A stretch of DNA of 64,000 nt, from the NCBI GenBank assembly GCA_041576165.1, contig JBFGLM010000001.1:64001-128000 (forward strand). Reading direction: 5' to 3'. The stretch's first letter is position 1. Each line of letters begins with the position of its first letter. The stretch comes from Acidimicrobiia bacterium (GTDB lineage: Bacteria; Actinomycetota; Acidimicrobiia; Spongiisociales; Spongiisociaceae). Under the pieces are notes generated by a model. That model saw nothing but the letters and a program-made list of their open reading frames with translations, did not search any database and was not told the DNA's origin. Made by a program: the position numbers and the translations under genes. This document shows positions 56,976 through 64,000 of this stretch, one piece after another.

Positions 56976-57863
56976 TCAGCCTTCGATCGTGTGCTCGGGA
57001 CCGCGGAAGAAGCGGGTGGTGGGGTACGCCAGGCTGATGCTGGGATCCTCAGCAAACGCGGCCAGGATGGCCTTCCAAACCATATGGTCGATCGTCCGCC
57101 GGCGGCGGACAACCACCAGCAGCCGGCCGGTGAGCCGAACTCCGTTCTTCACCGCACGAACGTAGACCGTCGGGGTCAAATGCCGATAGCGAAGAAAGTA
57201 GTAAGTGGACGCCTTCTCGATCTCGGCGGCAACCCCGTCGGCCGGATCTGCCGAGAACTCGTCCAGGATCTTCTGGAGCAGTGATTCGGCTCTCTCCCAG
57301 TTCGATTCGAACGTCACCGTGACTTCGATCTCATGCCAGACGTAGGGAAAGCCCTCCGTGAAGTTGGCGGTCGGCTCGGTGAAGAGCAGCCCGTTCGGCA
57401 CGTGCAAGATCCGCCCCGTCGACTGATCCGCATCCACCCAGTTGCGGATCTCCAACAGACTGAAGCGCAGCAGCCGGATGTCGATCACATCGCCGGCGTG
57501 CTTGCCGATCTCGATTCGATCGCCGGCCCGAAACGGCCGCCGCACGAGGATGTAGACCCAGCCGGCGATGTTCTTGATGACGTCGGTGAGCGCGATCGTC
57601 ACACCGGCTGCGATCAGACCGATGAAGGTGGAGATGTTGCCGAGTTCCTCGATCCAGACCACGCCGATCGCCAACACGGCAACACTGACGGCCAGGTAGC
57701 TGAGGGTCTTACGCGATCGGAAGATCGCAGCCGAGTCTTCGAACCGAGTTGTGATCGTCCGAATCGCCAACCAGCGCAGCAGAGCGAGACTGCCGACAAT
57801 GAACACCGTCCACAGCACTTTGGCGCTGTTGGTATCGAGGAACGTATTGAGGTAGTCGGTCAT
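56976..57863 (-). CDS. Small-conductance mechanosensitive channel (MscS family)
   Basis: TM helices then RPFRAGDRIEIG...GDVIDI...VPNG. Confidence 0.92.
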   Translation of the reverse strand: MTDYLNTFLDTNSAKVLWTVFIVGSLALLRWLAIRTITTRFEDSAAIFRSRKTLSYLAVSVAVLAIGVVWIEELGNISTFIGLIAAGVTIALTDVIKNIAGWVYILVRRPFRAGDRIEIGKHAGDVIDIRLLRFSLLEIRNWVDADQSTGRILHVPNGLLFTEPTANFTEGFPYVWHEIEVTVTFESNWERAESLLQKILDEFSADPADGVAAEIEKASTYYFLRYRHLTPTVYVRAVKNGVRLTGRLLVVVRRRRTIDHMVWKAILAAFAEDPSISLAYPTTRFFRGPEHTIEG

Positions 57864-58230
57864 CGGTCACACCCGGCAGTCCGCCGCCCGCCTGGATGGA
57901 AGGTGTCCGTGGGGTCGAGGCGACGGGCAGCACCATCGAGGCACGTACCGACTGGGTCCCCCGCCCCATTCGTTCGCCGTCCCGCGCAGGCCTGACGCGT
58001 TCGCTCCATGCTGCGCACCCTACCGGGGCTGGTACCCCACGCCACAGTCCACGCTCGGCTCTCGACCCGCCAGCCTCTACCCTGCGTGCCACCCTCGGTG
58101 GAGTCCCTGGTGATTCTCGGAAAAAACCAAAAGGTCGTTCTAATATCGGTGGCCGGCGCGGGCCGTACCTCATGACTGCAGTGCGGCCTTCGGTGCCTGC
58201 ACGCTGCCGGAAGCTGCAGGGGAGGGACCG

Positions 58231-58878
58231 TTGACAAATCAGCCCGACAGCAGCGACTGGGTGACCGAGCCGGTTCAGGCTCGTAGCCAGGAAACTCTCA
58301 CCCGGTTTCTGGACGCCGCCGAGGAGCTCCTGAAAGAGCAGTCGTTCGACGACATCACTGTCGCCGAGATAGTGCGCCGAGCGGAGCGGACGGTGGGCTC
58401 CTTCTACGCCAGATTCACCGACAAGGATGCTCTCGTCCGCACTCTCGTCCAGCGTGTGATGGATGAGCTCGTCGCCAACATGCGGGATCGGTTCGCACCC
58501 GACCACTGGCGTGAGACTCCTATTGTGGAAATCGTGTCGGCCGCCGTCGCCGCTGCCGCCACTACGCTCTGGAAGCACGTCCACGTGGCCCGCGCCGCGC
58601 TGATCCTGGCCAGCCGCGACGAGCACGCACGCATCTTTCGGGCTGCCAACTATCAGGCGATGTCGGAAGCTGTCGTCTTCGCCATGAAGGCCTCAGAAGC
58701 GGACCCGGACGACGTTCCCCCCGACAGTGCGATTCGTGACGCCATCGAGGTGGTGACCGCCGTGCTGGACACACGCCTCCTCTACGCCGACTCGTGGAAA
58801 CCCGGGGAGATGCTCGACCTCGGCCGGGAGATAGACGACATCACCGATATCTGTCTACGGGTGCTGCGACTGGGATAG
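58231..58878 (+). CDS. TetR/AcrR family transcriptional regulator
   Basis: QARSQET...ITVAEIVRRA..TVGSFYARFTDK. TTG start after GGGAGG. Confidence 0.92.
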   Translation: MTNQPDSSDWVTEPVQARSQETLTRFLDAAEELLKEQSFDDITVAEIVRRAERTVGSFYARFTDKDALVRTLVQRVMDELVANMRDRFAPDHWRETPIVEIVSAAVAAAATTLWKHVHVARAALILASRDEHARIFRAANYQAMSEAVVFAMKASEADPDDVPPDSAIRDAIEVVTAVLDTRLLYADSWKPGEMLDLGREIDDITDICLRVLRLG

Positions 58879-59055
58879 TGCCGATCGACGACGCGGGCGC
58901 TGGTCCAGCGAGACCGAACCGCACCGTCCTGCGCGGCCGTTGCCCTCGAGGCCCGCGGCCACCATCTCGCCGGACTCTGATCGAGTCAGCTCCCCCGCCA
59001 TCGGCGCCGCCGGGACGGGTGGCTAGGTTGACTGATCCACGATCGGGATGAGGCC

Positions 59056-59838
59056 ATGACGAGGAGGATCCGGATCGGCGTGCAGCTGGCCCCACAACAC
59101 GCCGAGTATGCCGACATTCGCCGGGCCATACTCCGCGCCGAGGAGCTCGGGGTGGACGTCGTCTACAACTGGGATCACTTCTTTCCAGTCTGGGGCGATG
59201 CCAACGGCAAGCACTTCGAATGCTGGACGATGCTGGGGGCGTGGGCGGAGGTGACCGAGCGTGTAGAGATCGGCGCGCTGGTCAGCTGCAACTCCTATCG
59301 CAACCCGCACCTCCTGGCCGACATGGCCCGCACGGTCGACCACATCAGCGGCGGACGCCTGATCTTGGGCATGGGTTCGGGCTGGTTTGAGCGCGACTAC
59401 ACCGAGTATGAGTACCCGTACGGGACCGCCGGCGGTCGGCTCCGGGAGCTGGAGGTGGGTTTGTACAAGATTCGGCGTCGCTTGTCCCAGCTCAATCCCC
59501 CGCCGACTCGCTCCATCCCGGTGCTTATCGGAGGTGGCGGGGAGAAGCTCACACTGCGGCTGACGGCGCAATACGCCGACATCTGGCATGGCTTCGGCAG
59601 CCCGGACGTCATTCAGCGAAAGAACGCGGTGCTGAACGATTGGTGCGTCCGCCTGGGCCGCGACCCGACCGAGATCGAGCGGGCGGTGGGGGTGGACGCC
59701 GGAACGCCCGTTGCCACCGGTGACGAGCTCTTCGCAGCCGGAGTGACCCAGCTGACGATCGGACTCAACGGTCCCGATTACGATACGGATCCGATCACCG
59801 ACTGGCTGGCCTGGGCGCAGGAGAAGAACGGCCGATGA
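59056..59838 (+). CDS. LLM class F420-dependent oxidoreductase
   Basis: NWDHFFP, HFECWTML, YRNPHLLADMARTVDHISGGR and IGGGGEK. Confidence 0.92.
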   Translation: MTRRIRIGVQLAPQHAEYADIRRAILRAEELGVDVVYNWDHFFPVWGDANGKHFECWTMLGAWAEVTERVEIGALVSCNSYRNPHLLADMARTVDHISGGRLILGMGSGWFERDYTEYEYPYGTAGGRLRELEVGLYKIRRRLSQLNPPPTRSIPVLIGGGGEKLTLRLTAQYADIWHGFGSPDVIQRKNAVLNDWCVRLGRDPTEIERAVGVDAGTPVATGDELFAAGVTQLTIGLNGPDYDTDPITDWLAWAQEKNGR

Positions 59839-59887
59839 GGCGGCCGCCGGTCTCAGCTTGGGACTGGTGATGCTCTAACGTCTCCCG

Positions 59888-60850
59888 ATGCTCATTTGGG
59901 GACTGGTGCTGGTTGTCGCCGGCATTGTGGTGATGTGGCTCGCGGCGGACCCGTTCGTAGTCGCCGCCGCCCGTCTCGCCTATTTGTGGGGAGTCTCGCC
60001 CGTCCTCATCGGCGCGTTGGTGATCGGATTCGGCACATCTGCCCCGGAGCTCCTCGTCAGCGGCATCTCGGCGGCCCAGGGTGAACTCGAAGCTGCGGTC
60101 GGCAACGTGGTCGGCTCGAACGCCGCCAACTTGAGTCTGGTGCTGGGCGTCAGCGCACTGATGTCCCCTGTGTCGGGGCACCTCCGCACGGTGCGGCGGG
60201 AAGGAGCCGTCACGCTGGTGGCGATGGTCATCATGAGCTGGATCATGCTCGACGACCGGCTGGACCGAGTTGAGGGTCTCGCGCTGCTCATGGGCATGGC
60301 CGTCGCCAGCGCATTGATCGTGGCATGGTCCAGGCGCGACATCGCTATCGGGGCGGTCGAGTTGGACATCGAGGGGGTGCATCCTGGCGAGCACTACGCA
60401 GTTTCCCGCGAGCTCCGCAACGCGGCCCTCGGCATCATCGCAATTGTCGTGGGTGCGGCGTTACTGAACCGGGGAGGAACGATCCTGGCCGACGTACTGG
60501 GGCTGACCGGCGGGTTCATCGGCGCCACCATTTTCGCGCTCGGAACCAGCCTCCCCGAGCTCGTCACCGCAATTGCAGCAGCCCGCCGCCGAGCCAACGA
60601 CCTGGTTGTCGGCAACGTCATGGGCTCCAACATCTTCAACTCGCTGTTGGTCGTCGGGAGCGCGGCTGCCCTCGGGCCCGGCGTGCTCAGCGAGCGCCGC
60701 ATAAGCGAGCTCATCATCATGCTGTTGATCGGGGTGGCGGCCGGAACGTTCGTCGCCACCGGGAACCGCCTCAACCGGATCGAGGGCGCCGGGCTGCTGC
60801 TTGCATACGGGGGCTTCCTGGCCGCCACTGCCCAGATGGCGACCGGCTGA
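59888..60850 (+). CDS. Calcium/sodium antiporter (YrbG-like)
   Basis: Alpha repeats GTSAPE...GNVVGSN and GTSLPE...GNVMGSN. Confidence 0.93.
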   Translation: MLIWGLVLVVAGIVVMWLAADPFVVAAARLAYLWGVSPVLIGALVIGFGTSAPELLVSGISAAQGELEAAVGNVVGSNAANLSLVLGVSALMSPVSGHLRTVRREGAVTLVAMVIMSWIMLDDRLDRVEGLALLMGMAVASALIVAWSRRDIAIGAVELDIEGVHPGEHYAVSRELRNAALGIIAIVVGAALLNRGGTILADVLGLTGGFIGATIFALGTSLPELVTAIAAARRRANDLVVGNVMGSNIFNSLLVVGSAAALGPGVLSERRISELIIMLLIGVAAGTFVATGNRLNRIEGAGLLLAYGGFLAATAQMATG

Positions 60851-60865
60851 TCTGCGGCCCACCTG

Positions 60866-61759
60866 TCAGGTCGCGGCCGGATCTAGCGCGGCGCCGATCT
60901 CACGATCGTTGGCCTCGCTGACCACCGGCATCCTGCGGGCAAAGACCCGGAGCAGAATGAGGCCGCCGATCCCCGCCGCCAGCCCGCTCCATTGGCTCCA
61001 GGTGAACGGGCCGAGGGTCGCATCACCGTTGACGTCGAGCGACAGGCGGGCGAAGTCGATGACGAACCGCTGGAAGCCGTACCAGGTCACCCAGGTGGCA
61101 AACAGCTGGCCGTAATGCAGCGGGCGCCCGGACCGGTACAACCAGACGAGAAACACCAACAGCAGGGCTGCGCCCACCAGGTCGTACAACGCCGTGTGGT
61201 GGTAGACGCCGCACAGGCCGTCGGCCCCCGCAGTCGCACATTCCAGCGCATCGTGCTGAGGGGCGACGTCGTAGCCGGGTTTGATGCCGAAGCCGAGGAA
61301 GAACGTCGTTGGGCCGCCGAGGTGCTCGACGATGGCCAGGTCACCGATTCTCCCGACAACGGTACCGAGCGCCATGCCAAAAGAGGCCATGTCCGCGTAG
61401 GCGAGGAACGGAAGCTGCAGCCGGCGCAAACGCAGCCATCCCCCCAGAATGCCGCCGGCATAGCCGCCCAGTATGGAATACGAGCCGGCGGGGTTGAATG
61501 CGTCGCCCAATCCAAAACCAGGATCACCGAGGTGGGCGGGCACCGTCAGGAAACGGGCGCCCAGAATGGCACCAATCAGGGCCCACGTCAGTACCGAGGC
61601 AAACTTCTCTGCGTCGTAGCCCCGAGACCGGACATAGCGGGTGGCCAGCCATGCGCCGGCGAGAAAGCCCAGGGCAGCAAACACCCCGTGCAACGAGAGG
61701 CGGATCGGCCCCACCTCGAAGATGGGTATCGGAGGATATGAGATTGCGCCCAGCACCAC
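60866..61759 (-). CDS. lgt: Prolipoprotein diacylglyceryl transferase family protein (probable housekeeping Lgt)
   Basis: PIFEVGPIRLSLHG, GRIGD...EHLG, HHTALYD and RFVIDFAR. GTG start at 61759 or 61756. Confidence 0.8.
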   Translation of the reverse strand: MVLGAISYPPIPIFEVGPIRLSLHGVFAALGFLAGAWLATRYVRSRGYDAEKFASVLTWALIGAILGARFLTVPAHLGDPGFGLGDAFNPAGSYSILGGYAGGILGGWLRLRRLQLPFLAYADMASFGMALGTVVGRIGDLAIVEHLGGPTTFFLGFGIKPGYDVAPQHDALECATAGADGLCGVYHHTALYDLVGAALLLVFLVWLYRSGRPLHYGQLFATWVTWYGFQRFVIDFARLSLDVNGDATLGPFTWSQWSGLAAGIGGLILLRVFARRMPVVSEANDREIGAALDPAAT

Positions 61760-61870
61760 GCTGAGGTTACCGCCCCCGGGCACGCATTGAATCAGTCGAA
61801 TGTCGCGCCATGGACTCTGATTGTCCGGCCCGGGGTACAATGGCGCCGTTCCGCCAACCCCCCGCATCGC

Positions 61871-62326
61871 ATGATCGATCCTTCCAATCAACGATACGTC
61901 GCGCCGACCCTCGTCCTGGCCGGGCTGTGGACAGCCGCCGTGTGGGGTTCGAGGCTCCGACTGCTGACAGCGGGCGAAGCCGCTAACTGGCCGACCGTGG
62001 CCCGCATCGTCGTTTCTCTGGCTCTTGCGGGCATGCTGCTGCTGCTGGCAGTCGGCGCTAGCAGTCGCCAGAGTTCGGGTGCGCCTGCGATCCTGTTCGC
62101 GTTCTCCGTCTGGATGGTGATCGTGTGGGTGCCGGCCACGTTGAGCGTGGCGGCGGGCAACGGTTCGTTGTCTTTCAAGGGTGTGCACACCGTCCTCGCC
62201 ATCGTGTCCCTGGCGTTTGGCGCGGCGCTGGCCGGCCAGGCGCGGCGCGAAATGACTTTCAGCCGACCAGCACGTCGATCAGGACCGCCGCGAACAGCAG
62301 TGCCAGGTATACGTTCGAGTAGGTGA
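61871..62326 (+). CDS. Four-TM membrane protein
   Basis: LWTAAVWGSRLR...WMVIVW...FKGVHTVLA; TACAAT upstream; 3' end overlaps the convergent ctaB. Confidence 0.65.
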   Translation: MIDPSNQRYVAPTLVLAGLWTAAVWGSRLRLLTAGEAANWPTVARIVVSLALAGMLLLLAVGASSRQSSGAPAILFAFSVWMVIVWVPATLSVAAGNGSLSFKGVHTVLAIVSLAFGAALAGQARREMTFSRPARRSGPPRTAVPGIRSSR

Positions 62327-63167
62327 ACAACCGCATGGACCGCTGCGGGTCCTGCATGACCCGGAACGCTTGGAGCACAAACCCGGCTCCGAGAGCTACC
62401 GCTGCCAGCATGTACAACCAGCCGAGGCCGGCGACAGGCACCAAGGCCAGTGAGACCATCCCCACGATGCCCGTATACAGCAGGATGTGGCGCGTGGTCT
62501 GTGTGACTCCGGCCACCACCGGCAGCATGGGCACCCCCGCCGCCGCATAGTCCTCCCGATAGCGCAATGAAAGTGCCCAGAAATGAGGCGGGGTCCAGTA
62601 GAAGACTATGGCGAACATGATCCATGCGGCCAGGGAAAGGGAGCCGGTGACTGCGGCCCAACCCACCAGCGTGGGCGCGGCGCCGGCCGCACCTCCGATC
62701 ACGATGTTCTTGGGAGTTGTCCGCTTCAACGCCAGGGTGTAGACCAGCACATAGAACAACAACGCTGCGGTCGACAGTGCCGCTGCCAGTAGGTTGGTCG
62801 CGGCCCACAGCCAGGCGAAACCAGCGAGGCCAAGGACGATTCCGAACCGAAGCGCTGCAGCCGGTTCCACCCGATGGCGGGGCAGCGTCCGCTGCGAAGT
62901 CCGGCGCATCAGCCGGTCGATGTCGCGATCGACGTAGTTGTTGATGGCGTTGGCTCCGCCCGCCGACAGGGTGCCGCCGATGAGCGTGGCTACAACAAGC
63001 CAGGTACCTGGCCACCGGCCGGCGGCCAGGACCATCGACGGTACGGTGGTGATGAGAAGCAGCTCGATGATCCGCGGCTTCATCAACTCCACATATGCCG
63101 CAGCGATCGCTCGCCCCCCTCGAATCGGAGACGCGGGGTCGGTGATCGTCACGCCGGGATCCGCCAT
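62259..63167 (-). CDS. ctaB: Protoheme IX farnesyltransferase (heme o synthase)
   Basis: LMKPRII, NNYVDRDIDRLMRRT, LKRTT..NIVIGG and WTPPHFWAL...DYAAAGVPMLP. Confidence 0.95.
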   Translation of the reverse strand: MADPGVTITDPASPIRGGRAIAAAYVELMKPRIIELLLITTVPSMVLAAGRWPGTWLVVATLIGGTLSAGGANAINNYVDRDIDRLMRRTSQRTLPRHRVEPAAALRFGIVLGLAGFAWLWAATNLLAAALSTAALLFYVLVYTLALKRTTPKNIVIGGAAGAAPTLVGWAAVTGSLSLAAWIMFAIVFYWTPPHFWALSLRYREDYAAAGVPMLPVVAGVTQTTRHILLYTGIVGMVSLALVPVAGLGWLYMLAAVALGAGFVLQAFRVMQDPQRSMRLFTYSNVYLALLFAAVLIDVLVG

Positions 63168-63204
63168 CGGCTCAGGATACCGCTCTGCTCCCGCACAGCC
63201 TCAT

Positions 63205-63814
63205 TCACCGGCCGGCGATCACGGCGGCAGCGGCTACTACCGGCGGGAGCTCCAGCCATCCCCGGTCCGCCCCGACCCTCGGATTGTGGAGATGCGGAAA
63301 TGGGACCGGCGGGATCGGATGACCGAGAAACGGACACAGCTGCTCCCATCCGTCGCCCTCTGTGATGTTCAACTCGAGCAGGTCGTACGGCCCCCCTGTA
63401 AAAGACGACCGGAACTCACGATCGTGCCGCCGGTAACGAGCCAGGTAGTGCTCTTCCTTCCCGGCAGGCGCCCCGACGCCGTCGTAGACCCACTCCCGCA
63501 TCGGAGTCGAGCTGGTCCCGAATTGATCGACAACGCGGCGGATCCAGTCCCCCGCCCGCCGCCACGTGAGGATGAACTTGCTGTCCGGGTACGCAACGTC
63601 GAACTCCCGATAGAGCAGCGGCCACGGATTGTCTCGAAAAGCGTCGTAGCGTCGCACCAGCCGCCGGGCGATAGTGAGCGCCCTCTTGTCGAGATCCGAT
63701 CGGAACACGGCATTGGGACCCGTGACCCGGTAGCCCAGAATGCGAAGAGGCGGCGCCGAGCGAAGTCGTACCCGTCGTGTGAAATCCGATCCCAAAGACC
63801 TTCGGCGGCCGCAT
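63205..63814 (-). pseudogene. Sulfotransferase-family gene with a single-base frameshift
   Basis: The N-terminal PAPS loop KVFGIGFHTTGTTSLGAA is in one frame and LRILGY...DNPW...PDSKFILTWR...DGWEQLCPFLG...FPH in another. Removing one base near 63748 joins them. Confidence 0.8.
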
Positions 63815-63937
63815 CGTCGCCCCCGTCACGTCCGGCGCCCTCGGGCACCAAGCTACCGGGAAGAGACCCCTTCCTGGGTGCTCTGTCCGGGCCGGGGCAC
63901 GCGAAGCTTGCTGCTGGAGGCCGGTAGCCTCCACCCC

Positions 63938-64000
63938 ATGCGCAGTGCTCGGCTCCTCATCTGGATGATGATTCTCACCGCAGGCGCCTGTGGAAGCCCG
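63938..64000 (+). CDS. Lipoprotein, N-terminus only (runs off the window)
   Basis: MRSARLLIWMMILTAGAC-GSP with lipobox; TAGCCT-N7-ATG leaderless start. Confidence 0.6.
   Translation, partial: MRSARLLIWMMILTAGACGSP

Noticed and set aside
57864-58230. Long intergenic region between mscS and tetR as an ncRNA or small ORF
   Set aside because: Only weak hairpins and an AT-rich promoter patch are visible, with no recognisable motif or convincing ORF.
1-64000. Mobile elements, prophage, tRNA/rRNA, defence systems
   Set aside because: I saw no transposase, integrase, phage or cas motifs, terminal repeats, cloverleafs or obvious compositional islands.

Overview
GC-rich bacterial chromosomal window with about 60 genes, inferred to come from an actinobacterium, probably Acidimicrobiia-like (F420-type LLM oxidoreductases, a mycothiol-family MDMPI protein, SLH-domain surface protein, many leaderless TANNNT-N6/7-ATG starts). 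I see no rRNA, tRNA, CRISPR array, transposase or prophage. Most content is housekeeping or accessory metabolism: xylA, GH42/GH27/galK, ATP-dependent DNA ligase, heterodimeric ABC exporter, HtrA, S41 and S9 proteases, a CoxL-like Mo subunit, proA, nnrE-nadK and ctaB. The best candidate for an undescribed system is a tightly coupled three-gene operon (50358-53076, minus strand). It encodes an Lgt-like diacylglyceryl transferase, a small membrane protein whose single Cys lies in a C-terminal lipoprotein-signal-like segment, and a radical SAM enzyme resembling archaeal tetraether synthase (Tes/GDGT-MAS). This suggests a possible lipid-tail-crosslinking lipopeptide pathway. Other highlights: (1) an AhpD-like gene split by an in-frame TGA that completes a C-F-Y-U-x-x-x-H motif, probably a selenoprotein; (2) a P4-less SAM-I riboswitch that appears to control a 26-codon leader ORF ahead of an OsmC-like gene; (3) two candidate structured intergenic RNAs; (4) an SRPBCC-like/2-oxoacid-acyltransferase fusion; (5) a frameshifted sulfotransferase. 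All family assignments are by visual motif recognition; no database searches were run.
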